Assembly (NCBI GenBank): GCA_015521565.1
Contig: WANX01000078.1
Coordinates: 1-60,125 of the forward strand
Origin: Candidatus Hydrothermarchaeota archaeon
Lineage (GTDB): Archaea; Hydrothermarchaeota; Hydrothermarchaeia; Hydrothermarchaeales; BMS3B
DNA: 60,125 bases
Direction of reading: 5' to 3'
This document shows positions 27,979-35,350 of this stretch, one piece after another (position 1 is the first letter of the stretch; each line of letters begins with the position of its first letter). Position numbers and translations under genes: made by a program. The notes beneath the pieces are model-generated. The model was not told where the DNA came from. It saw only the letters and a list, made by a program, of their open reading frames with translations, and did not search any database.

Positions 27979-29184
27979 ATGCGGGTGATGCATTTCAACG
28001 CTGAGGAGCTGGAGAAGAAGGGCAAGCTGGTAAAGAAGGACGACCGCTACGAGGTCTACGACGTGGAGATGTCGAACCTGGTGCTCTCTCTTACGAAGCT
28101 CTTCCCGGGCAAGGCCACGTCGGGGCACTACCACGAGGAGAGTGAGGAGGTTTACCACTTCCTCAGCGGAAGGGGCAGGATAAAGCTGGGGGATAAGGAG
28201 TACGAGGCAAAAGCCGGAGACATATTCACAGTACCCAAGGACACCTTCCACCAGGTGATAAACACCGGCGAAGAGGTGCTGAAGTTTATAGCGGTGTTTG
28301 AGAAGTACGAGGGAAGAGGGGCGAAGCTCAAGGCTATAATCCCCGCCGCAGGACACGGGACGCGCTTTCTGCCGATAACAAAGGCCCAGCCCAAGGAGAT
28401 GCTCCCCGTCTTTGACAAGCCAGTTATCCAGTACGTTGTGGAGGAGGCGCTGGAGGCGGGGATAGACAACATACTCATAATCACGGGCAGGGGAAAGCGC
28501 GCCATAGAGGACCACTTCGACCGCTCCCCCGAGCTGGAGCAGTTTTTAGAAAAAGCGGGCAAGCACGAGATGCTGAAGGAGATACGCAGAATCAGTGAGC
28601 TCGCTAACATAACCTACATCCGCCAGAAGGAGGCCCTGGGGCTGGGACATGCGGTGCTCCAGGCGAGGGAGTTTGTGGGCAACGCCTACTTCGCCGTGCT
28701 TCTCGGTGATGTTATAACCTCTCCTCCCTGTATCGGCGAGATGCTGGAGATACACAGGCGCTTCAGGGCGAGCGTAATCGCCCTTCAGCAGGTTAGGAGG
28801 GAGGAGGTGAGTAAGTACGGCATCGCGGAGCTGGGCGAGGCGCTGGGGAATGGCGTATACGAGCTTAAGGACGTGGTGGAGAAGCCCTCCCAGGAGGAGG
28901 CGCCCTCCACGCTCGCGATAACCGGGAGGTACATCCTGAGCAGCAGGATCTTTGAGCCCCTCGCGAGAGGTGAGCGGGGCTACGGGGGCGAGATTCAGCT
29001 CACCGACGCGATTCGCAGGCTGATACAGGAGGGGGAGCGCGTGGTGGGCTACATCTACCCCGGAAGGGTGTTCGACATAGGCAACAAGCTGGACTGGATA
29101 AAGAGCACCGTGCTGCTCAGCCTGGAGAGCGAGTTCAGGCAGGAAATAGTCGACTTTCTCGGAGACCTCGAACTCGGCAGATAA
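27979..29184 (+). CDS. cupin domain fused to UTP--glucose-1-phosphate uridylyltransferase
   Basis: Residues 1-105 form a cupin (GKATSGHYHEESEEVYHFLSGRG...DTFHQV). The rest is GalU-like (KAIIPAAGHGTRFLPITKAQPKEMLPV.DKP.IQY, LGD, and EIQLTDAI). Confidence 0.8.
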   Translation: MRVMHFNAEELEKKGKLVKKDDRYEVYDVEMSNLVLSLTKLFPGKATSGHYHEESEEVYHFLSGRGRIKLGDKEYEAKAGDIFTVPKDTFHQVINTGEEVLKFIAVFEKYEGRGAKLKAIIPAAGHGTRFLPITKAQPKEMLPVFDKPVIQYVVEEALEAGIDNILIITGRGKRAIEDHFDRSPELEQFLEKAGKHEMLKEIRRISELANITYIRQKEALGLGHAVLQAREFVGNAYFAVLLGDVITSPPCIGEMLEIHRRFRASVIALQQVRREEVSKYGIAELGEALGNGVYELKDVVEKPSQEEAPSTLAITGRYILSSRIFEPLARGERGYGGEIQLTDAIRRLIQEGERVVGYIYPGRVFDIGNKLDWIKSTVLLSLESEFRQEIVDFLGDLELGR

Positions 29185-29264
29185 TTGTGAATTTTCTTTC
29201 TACTATCATCCGGATTGTAAAGATTAGTGCACAAGGTTTATATATAACATTTGCGAAATTCCAT

Positions 29265-29444
29265 ATGATGCACAGGATGCACAGGAATGGACTGCCGGAG
29301 GGCAGAAGGCGGTATCCTGTCCGGGGGGGCGCTGTGCCGGATGGGGGGGAATTATGGGAAGAGTTTCGAAAGCTGAAAAGCAAAGTTTATGTTGGCCTCC
29401 AATGTAGTGATTACAAAAAAGACACAAGGGGGAGTGGGTCGTGA
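29265..29444 (+). CDS. possible leaderless small ORF (59 aa, R/G-rich)
   Basis: tttatatataa (29237-29247) is centred about 23-26 nt upstream of ATG 29265/29268. The stop overlaps the next GTG (GTGA). The composition is poor, so this may be a 5' UTR instead. Confidence 0.25.
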   Translation: MMHRMHRNGLPEGRRRYPVRGGAVPDGGELWEEFRKLKSKVYVGLQCSDYKKDTRGSGS

Positions 29445-29683
29445 AGTCGTCTATGCGCTGTCCAAAATGTGGAAGCTTAAATGTTGAAAAGGGCCATCAG
29501 GAAGTTTTTCCCAGCACTTTCATGAAGGATACGAAGTACTCTGTAATAAAGGCTCTCACGAGCTCCAAAGAGTTTGAAATATACGCATGCATGGACTGCG
29601 GATATGCCGAATGGTACATTCAGGAAAAATACCTGGAAAATAATAAAAACCGGATGACCGCAGTCGCAAAGTCGGAGATCTGA
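29441..29683 (+). CDS. zinc-ribbon protein
   Basis: CPKCGS...CMDCGY, 80 aa, GTG start. Lies upstream of the MEDS-PadR gene. Confidence 0.55.
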   Translation: MKSSMRCPKCGSLNVEKGHQEVFPSTFMKDTKYSVIKALTSSKEFEIYACMDCGYAEWYIQEKYLENNKNRMTAVAKSEI

Positions 29684-29715
29684 ACACTCCTTCAGATACG
29701 AAGGAGGTCACTGGT

Positions 29716-30648
29716 GTGAGAAGAGTTAGAAATGCCAAGAAGAATGGTCCAATTTACATCCTCAACGATTTCTACGACAGGAGCAACGACCTTTACCTGT
29801 ACGATTCAAAAGAGGAGCGCAGATACTATGTTACAAAGTCCTTCTTTCAGGCGGGTATAGACAGCAACAAGCTCTGTATTTATGCATTTCCCCGAGAACA
29901 TGATAGATTTCACTTTAAAGGCTTCCCGGAAGAACTGTTCCACGAGATAAAGCTGATACGCGGAAATATCAAAATGCTGAAGGAGCAGGACCTGGAGGAA
30001 TTCTACTCGGATTTTCAGGAGCTCAGCGACTATGCCAGGGAGAACGGTTACAGCGGAATACACCTGAAGGTGGACTTCGGGAGGGTTAGGGATGAGATAA
30101 TAGACCAGGTGCTGGAGCTTGAAAAGAAGCTCCACAGCTCAAACGGCATCCCCATTGCCTCAATAAGCTCCTATAACATGAACTTTCTGAACCAGGATGC
30201 GGTCAACAGCCTGACACGGCTTCACGACAGGGTGATGATAACCACTGAGAGCGGAGAAACCTCTATAGCCTTTTTCCACAGGTCGCAGACGAGACCTGTA
30301 CACATTCCGAGAATAGAGGTTATCTCCTCAAAGATGATGGAGCAGAGTGTTAAGAAGTCGCTGCAAATAATAATCCTCTCCCTGCTGAAGCAGCAACCAA
30401 TGTGCGGTTTCGACATAATCAAGAGCCTTGTACACAACTTCAATGTTCTTCTCAGCCAGGGGACTGTGTACCCCATCCTCTACTCCCTTGAAAGGGAGGG
30501 ATATCTCAAGACGGTGGTAAAATCTGACAACAAGACCAAGCTTTATGTTCCAACTGAGATGGCCCATGAGTACATAGAGCGACAGCTCAGGGAGTACATT
30601 CAGGCGCAGGAGAAGATTCTTGCCCTTATAGCGAGGGGATTGAAATGA
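29716..30648 (+). CDS. MEDS-like sensory domain fused to a PadR-family winged-helix regulator
   Basis: AAGGAGGT lies 7 nt upstream of GTG 29716. N-terminus DLYLYDSKEERRYYVTKSFFQAGIDSNKLCIYAF...SISSYNMNFL...LHDRV is MEDS-like. C-terminus LSLLKQQPMCGFDIIKSL...SQGTVYPILYSLEREGYL is PadR-like. Confidence 0.7.
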   Translation: MRRVRNAKKNGPIYILNDFYDRSNDLYLYDSKEERRYYVTKSFFQAGIDSNKLCIYAFPREHDRFHFKGFPEELFHEIKLIRGNIKMLKEQDLEEFYSDFQELSDYARENGYSGIHLKVDFGRVRDEIIDQVLELEKKLHSSNGIPIASISSYNMNFLNQDAVNSLTRLHDRVMITTESGETSIAFFHRSQTRPVHIPRIEVISSKMMEQSVKKSLQIIILSLLKQQPMCGFDIIKSLVHNFNVLLSQGTVYPILYSLEREGYLKTVVKSDNKTKLYVPTEMAHEYIERQLREYIQAQEKILALIARGLK

Positions 30649-31019
30649 GGATAATGGTGGTTGACGACGACGACATAATCATCGAGGCCATGAGAAACAT
30701 ACTGGAGCCGGAGGGGTTTGAGGTTATTGCCGCAAGAAGTGGCGAGGAGTGTCTGCGACTTCTGGAAAGTGGAATAACACCCGACTACATTTTTATCGAC
30801 ATTCAGATGCCCGGCATCGACGGCTGGGAGACGCTGCGCAGAATTAAAAGCCGCAGGGAGCTGCGGGATATTCCGGTGGCGATGCTGACAGCCCAGCCGC
30901 TCCGCAGGGAGACGCTGGAGAAGGAGGATATAGGGGAACTTGTGGACTACGTTGTAAAACCCTTCACAAGACGGGATATCGAAGAAACCCTGAAGCAGGC
31001 GCTGGTGCTCCCACTGTAA
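30645..31019 (+). CDS. stand-alone response regulator receiver domain
   Basis: MVVDDDD..., phospho-acceptor IFIDIQMPGIDG, and VVKPF. ATGA overlap with the upstream gene. Confidence 0.85.
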   Translation: MRIMVVDDDDIIIEAMRNILEPEGFEVIAARSGEECLRLLESGITPDYIFIDIQMPGIDGWETLRRIKSRRELRDIPVAMLTAQPLRRETLEKEDIGELVDYVVKPFTRRDIEETLKQALVLPL

Positions 31020-31166
31020 TAGACCATCCATCTCCTTTTTCCAGTTTTCTTCTCCAGCCAATTCTGATATTGCTGTCAGCCCCTTCTCCTCAAATAGCCT
31101 CAGGAAAAGGGCAGCTCTCCGGTATGCATGGCGGTGTTTTTCCTTCAGGGAAAATTGCACCCCGCT

Positions 31167-31832
31167 CTATACCCAGTTCCTCACAAACACCGAACGAATG
31201 CCACTGGGCGATACCCTGGTTATCTCGCTCATCGTTCCGCCCACCGGCAGTATGGTTATTGTGAACTCCCTGTTGCCCTCGAGGGGATACGCCTTCCCGT
31301 TGGCCTCTATCCAGAAGTGCAGCTCCAGGTACTCTCCCTTTTCAAGCACATTATTTTTGTTCTGCTCAAAAACAGGAACCACGTAGAAGTCGGCCACGCC
31401 GTTTACAGTGCCATCGCTGTTGCTTGTGCTGTTTTCGGCGAGAGAGGGATTTGAGGTGATGGTGGCGTTGTGAACAATTCCGCTTATGTAAACGTCCCCC
31501 GAGAAATAGTTTAAAATAATGTCGTCGTAGCGAATCTCAGAGCTGCCCGGTGCCAGAGTCACAAGGATTATAAGCTTTGTTATATTCGGGCCACCGTTGT
31601 TCCAGGTTTCGTTGGCGTAGGCGTAGCCGGTGAGATCGACTATTTTGATGTTTGTCGAAACCTCCTTGGTGGCCTCCTCTCCCGTGGACCTGGCCTTGGA
31701 CTGCAAAGTTCCTGTGGTCTTGAGGAGAACTCCGGCGGTAATCGCTGCCACCATTACCATGGCTATGAATACTATAAGCGTTCCGATGCCAATCTGTGCC
31801 CTGTTGTTCCCCGGAATCGCCGGCGCTTTAAT
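31167..31832 (-). CDS. flaB: archaellin (FlaB/ArlB); 5' end extended beyond the track ATG to a non-canonical start
   Basis: The track ORF starts at MVMVAAITAGVLL (31760). However, the in-frame upstream codons encode ...PGNNRAQIGIGTLIVFIA, the conserved class III signal cleavage site and N-terminal helix. There is no ATG/GTG/TTG between the upstream TAA and this motif. Candidate starts are ATT 31832 or ATA 31838. Confidence 0.75.
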   Translation of the reverse strand: MKAPAIPGNNRAQIGIGTLIVFIAMVMVAAITAGVLLKTTGTLQSKARSTGEEATKEVSTNIKIVDLTGYAYANETWNNGGPNITKLIILVTLAPGSSEIRYDDIILNYFSGDVYISGIVHNATITSNPSLAENSTSNSDGTVNGVADFYVVPVFEQNKNNVLEKGEYLELHFWIEANGKAYPLEGNREFTITILPVGGTMSEITRVSPSGIRSVFVRNWV

Positions 31833-31862
31833 TTTTATTCCCCCGGTTTATGTCTGGTTGAG

Positions 31863-31874
31863 TTTATATATAAA
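31863..31874 (-). promoter_or_regulatory. TATA box for the archaellin gene
   Basis: Palindromic tttatatataaa lies 25-40 nt upstream of the ATA/ATT candidate starts. It sits in the 60-nt gap after the upstream FlaF/G-like gene. Confidence 0.5.
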
Positions 31875-31901
31875 CATTTTTTTTCTTATTACGAAAATCG
31901 G

Positions 31902-32342
31902 CTATGCATTGAAGTAGTACTCGTCCCATATTCCCGGCACCGCAAGCACCTTGACGGAGTATCTTCCCGGAGTTACGGCAGTTATATTTACCTCCAGTAT
32001 CTCATCAGGGTCCCACAGTGAGTTCTGAATGTTTACACTTCTGTTGAGTATGCGTGTCCCCAGGATTTCAACCCGTCTTCCATTGAGGAAAACCAGCAGG
32101 TTATCCGGAATAAGGACGCTCTTTCCTGAATTTAAGATGTATATGGAGGTGTTGCCGCTCCCGGAATAGACGTGGACCACCTCAACATCTGCTTCCAGCC
32201 TCTCCACCAGCAGATACGACTTCTGGGAGATGCTGCTGCTCACCGACTGTGAGGCGTCGCTAACAACTCCCGCCACTCCGGTGGCCACCACCACAGCAGC
32301 AATGAAGAAGATTGCGTGCGCAGCGGTTGTGCTGAACCCCAT
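31902..32342 (-). CDS. archaellum protein, FlaF/FlaG (ArlF/ArlG) family
   Basis: MGFSTTAAHAIFFIAAVVVATGVAGVV N-terminus and a beta-rich domain (VEVVHVYSGSGNTSIYILNSGKS). Confidence 0.75.
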   Translation of the reverse strand: MGFSTTAAHAIFFIAAVVVATGVAGVVSDASQSVSSSISQKSYLLVERLEADVEVVHVYSGSGNTSIYILNSGKSVLIPDNLLVFLNGRRVEILGTRILNRSVNIQNSLWDPDEILEVNITAVTPGRYSVKVLAVPGIWDEYYFNA

Positions 32343-32344
32343 GC

Positions 32345-32788
32345 CTAACCACCTCTGAACCTGTACTCAGGCGTCCACAGCAGTGAATTGAGAACAGCCA
32401 CAGTATTCCAGCCGGTATTCAGGGTGGTGCTCAGGTTTATCTCCAGCACCTCCCCGGTACCCCAGAGCCCATTTCCCCGTGGATTGACTATCACCATGCT
32501 GGAAGGGCTCACCCACTCTCCGTTTACCCTCACCTGACTGAGGCCGGGGTCAAGGGGCACACCGCCCGAGTTCACCACGTACACCGACAGGTTGGTGCCG
32601 TCTGTCCAGACATGTACCACCTCTATCTCTCCGGAGACAATCTCCTCCAGCTCCCACTTCTTGGCGAGCGCCCCGCTTTCAATAATTGAAACCTGATGGT
32701 TGAGGACTCCCACAAGGCCTGCGGATACCATAACTGTAGCCAGGAACATCAGCACCATGGGTACGGATTCAGCCATGGCTACTCCCAC
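32345..32788 (-). CDS. archaellum protein, FlaG/FlaF (ArlG/ArlF) family
   Basis: N-terminal hydrophobic helix VPMVLMFLATVMVSAGLVGVL and IEVVHVWTDGTNLSVYVVNSGGV, parallel to its neighbours. Confidence 0.7.
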   Translation of the reverse strand: MGVAMAESVPMVLMFLATVMVSAGLVGVLNHQVSIIESGALAKKWELEEIVSGEIEVVHVWTDGTNLSVYVVNSGGVPLDPGLSQVRVNGEWVSPSSMVIVNPRGNGLWGTGEVLEINLSTTLNTGWNTVAVLNSLLWTPEYRFRGG

Positions 32789-33471
32789 CTGTAGATGTAA
32801 CTGTCCGCAGGAAGCACATGAGAATGCGGTAGCGCCTCCCCTGCATGGTAGAGGTCGCTCACCCCCCGCTCCCCAACCACTTTAATTGTCCTGTTAAATC
32901 CCAGCGGCGTTGAAATAAGCACCACGTCTCCCGGAAGCCAGTAGAAGCTATCCGAAGTGTTTGTTACCACAAACTCACTAACAGCCAGAGTTATGTTGAA
33001 CCAGCCCACTATTCCATAGAGCTGGTCAGGGTCCGGGGTGGAAGGATTGTAAATCTGGGTATCATCCTGCGTGGTCAGCACCAGCGGTATTGATGCGCTG
33101 CTGTTGTGATATGCACCCTTGACCAGGTAGGTTTTGTTTACATACTTGACCCTGAAGTACCCCAGAGCGATGACAGAGAAGTTCTCCTCAATCCACACGC
33201 CATCAATAATAAGAGAGAGCTTATCCGGATTCAGAGCTGTGCTGCCGGTATTCTCCACATAGATGTAGGTGCTGCCCGGACGGGCTGTTACATTGACAAT
33301 CTCAACCCCTGTGTTCAGAAGGTCCTGACTCCGCCTCACCTGCTCCTGCATTTCCTCCGCCAGAGAGGTGAAGAAGGCCTCTCCAGCGTTCAGAAGCTCT
33401 ACTGCTGCCACCATCCCTGCCATAAAGACTATGAGAAAGGCGGCAGCGGTGGAAAATCCCATGGCCACCAC
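32779..33471 (-). CDS. enlarged FlaF/FlaG-family archaellum protein (230 aa)
   Basis: MGFSTAAAFLIVFMAGMVAAV and VEIVNVTARPGSTYIYVENTGSTALNPD, with an additional roughly 90-aa insertion or extension. Confidence 0.65.
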   Translation of the reverse strand: MVAMGFSTAAAFLIVFMAGMVAAVELLNAGEAFFTSLAEEMQEQVRRSQDLLNTGVEIVNVTARPGSTYIYVENTGSTALNPDKLSLIIDGVWIEENFSVIALGYFRVKYVNKTYLVKGAYHNSSASIPLVLTTQDDTQIYNPSTPDPDQLYGIVGWFNITLAVSEFVVTNTSDSFYWLPGDVVLISTPLGFNRTIKVVGERGVSDLYHAGEALPHSHVLPADSYIYRWE

Positions 33472-34401
33472 CTACACTATTCCGGACTCGTCCAGCTGAT
33501 TTACCACCTCTGAATACAGCGTGGGGCTAACCTCAAGCCCCTGAAGCTTTATTATAAAGAAGAGGGAGATGATGTGCTCAAGCACTGTAAGCTTTCGGTT
33601 ACCCCGGGATGCACGCGTACCTCCCAGGTCGCGGGAGTACTTTATTATCTGGTCCCTCACCTCCCGGGTAATCCACCCCACCTCCTCGTAGAAGAGGAGC
33701 GTTTTTATCATGCCCTGATATCCTGCCTTTTTTATCAGGAAATCCAGCCACTTGAACAGGAGCAGGAGGGAGTTGGGGTCGTTGTTTATTCTCTCCAGTC
33801 TCACGCGGTCGCCGTTTGGCTTCAGCTCAACCACACGCCTGTCCATCACCTTCTCCTCGAGCGCAATACCCGGGGAGGAGGAGCTGACGGCCACCGCCTC
33901 CTCCTTTTTCTTCTCCTCCCTGCCGTTCCCGTTCTCTGTGCCATTGGAATAGCCGATGAAGGGGTTTATTTCGTTGGTAACAAGCTCATATACCGAGAGC
34001 AGACTCTCCATGCTCTTTTCTATCTTTGAAATTCTTTCATCAAATCCGCTCACCAGGGACTCTATCTTGGCGACGGTATCGCTGATCTCGGACACCCTCT
34101 CCTCCAGCTGGGAAATCGCCTCCCCGGATACGCCTGCAGCAGGCTGGGCAAAAGGTTCTTCTTCTGCAGTGGCCCCGCCGAAGGGCGGTGCATCGTCCCC
34201 ACTTTCCTCCTCCTGAGAGAAAAAGGGGGGCACGTCCTCCTCTGCATCAGTCTTTACCACTTCTTCGATACCTCCTTCATCCTGGGCAAAGGGTGGTACT
34301 TCAGAGTCCTCTTCCAGTGCCTTTTCATTGAGTTCTCCCAGATCTATCTTCTTGTCCTTCAGCCCCAGTATCAGACCTGTGCTGAGCAGCTCAAGCATCA
34401 A
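33472..34401 (-). CDS. FlaC-FlaD/E fusion-type archaellum protein (ArlCDE-like)
   Basis: Central SLLSVYELVTNEINPF is FlaC-like. C-terminal LLLFKWLDFLIKKAGYQGMIKTLLFYEEVGWITREV is FlaD/E-like. The N-terminus is acidic with PPF repeats. Confidence 0.75.
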   Translation of the reverse strand: MMLELLSTGLILGLKDKKIDLGELNEKALEEDSEVPPFAQDEGGIEEVVKTDAEEDVPPFFSQEEESGDDAPPFGGATAEEEPFAQPAAGVSGEAISQLEERVSEISDTVAKIESLVSGFDERISKIEKSMESLLSVYELVTNEINPFIGYSNGTENGNGREEKKKEEAVAVSSSSPGIALEEKVMDRRVVELKPNGDRVRLERINNDPNSLLLLFKWLDFLIKKAGYQGMIKTLLFYEEVGWITREVRDQIIKYSRDLGGTRASRGNRKLTVLEHIISLFFIIKLQGLEVSPTLYSEVVNQLDESGIV

Positions 34402-35056
34402 CTCTTATCCCCTCCCTGCAGGCAGAGTCGGCCGCCCGTATCGTTGCTGCATTCTCCACAGCTGCCGAAGAGGAGGGCAGAGATGAAGCATCGCCCCTGA
34501 TGCGGTTCAGCTCAGCTTCCAGCTCCCTTATCCTGCGCCTCAGGTTCCTTATGTTTATCTCCTTTATAATTCCCAGCCTGTACCACCTCTCTATCTCCTT
34601 CCGGAAGGCGTCGGGGTTTCTGAAGCTGGCTGCACTGGTGCTGGAACTTCTGAACCACTCTTCCAGCTCCTTCAGGCTGTACAGGAGTTCCTGGTCCTCT
34701 ACTGGCAGGTTTACTCCACCCACCTCCCCCATGGGGGAGGTGGACGGGGGCCTTCTCACAGGTATAGGGTCTGCCATGTTCATCTTCCCCTTCAGCATCG
34801 CCCCATAGGTTATTAATGCTATTCCGGCGAAGGCGATGTAGAGTATGAACCAGGTGGCAATACTGCCCTCCTCGTTTACCACAATGTTCACGGGCAGCAG
34901 CATTATGAGCATACCCACCATAGCGGTGAGGGACCAGTAAAGGCTCCAGACCATTCTGTTCTTCTTCTTGAGGTAGTCCTCAATTTCATTCATAAGCACC
35001 GCTTCTGGCGAACTCCTGAATATGAGCATCCCCCCGTTGGTATATAATATCCCCAT
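34391..35056 (-). CDS. two-TM membrane protein with C-terminal coiled coil, first gene of the archaellum operon
   Basis: TM segments LTAMVGMLIMLLPVNIV and WFILYIAFAGIALITYGAML. Coiled coil IRNLRRRIRELEAELNRI. 11-nt overlap with the next gene. The start may be the internal Met of MNEIEDY. Confidence 0.55.
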   Translation of the reverse strand: MGILYTNGGMLIFRSSPEAVLMNEIEDYLKKKNRMVWSLYWSLTAMVGMLIMLLPVNIVVNEEGSIATWFILYIAFAGIALITYGAMLKGKMNMADPIPVRRPPSTSPMGEVGGVNLPVEDQELLYSLKELEEWFRSSSTSAASFRNPDAFRKEIERWYRLGIIKEINIRNLRRRIRELEAELNRIRGDASSLPSSSAAVENAATIRAADSACREGIRVDA

Positions 35057-35077
35057 TTTCCAGCCTATTTAAAAGTT

Positions 35078-35091
35078 GTTTTTCGAAAAAC
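35078..35091. promoter_or_regulatory. perfect 14-nt palindrome GTTTTTCGAAAAAC, with a second TTTCGAAA core at 35140-35147
   Basis: Read directly from the sequence. Both lie in the 141-nt AT-rich region upstream of the archaellum operon, next to a TTTAAATA box (minus-strand reading of 35066-35074). Confidence 0.45.
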
Positions 35092-35197
35092 AAAGGTTGG
35101 GTTAAAAATCTTCTAAAAAATTTCCCGTTATTTTTCGCTTTTCGAAAGTAAACATATATCTATCTGTGCGGCCATCCTTTAAAGGGGGTGCTGAAAA

Positions 35198-35347
35198 GTG
35201 TGGACCTGTCCCGTGTGCGGCTCTATGGAATTTGTGATGACACCCAACGGCGGCAGGGTTCAGAAGGTCCGCTGCGTTGCCTGCGAGCGAACCTTTGTGC
35301 TGAATGAACCCCTGCCCCTGGATGACGGGTACAGCAAAAACTGGTAG
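35198..35347 (+). CDS. small zinc-ribbon protein, 49 aa (below track cutoff)
   Basis: My translation is VWTCPVCGSMEFVMTPNGGRVQKVRCVACERTFVLNEPLPLDDGYSKNW. It has two CxxC pairs. GGGGGTG lies 8 nt upstream of GTG 35198. Confidence 0.45.
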   Translation: MWTCPVCGSMEFVMTPNGGRVQKVRCVACERTFVLNEPLPLDDGYSKNW

Positions 35348-35350
35348 CGG

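Noticed and set aside
27883-28515. N-terminal 211 aa of the 639-aa minus-strand ORF
   Set aside because: This part is antisense to the cupin-GalU gene. An internal ATG at 27882 with an RBS gives a lipoprotein signal peptide that aligns with the start of the paralog architecture.
30600-31160. 186-aa minus-strand ORF
   Set aside because: It is mostly antisense to the receiver gene and has no motifs. The remainder lies in the convergent spacer.
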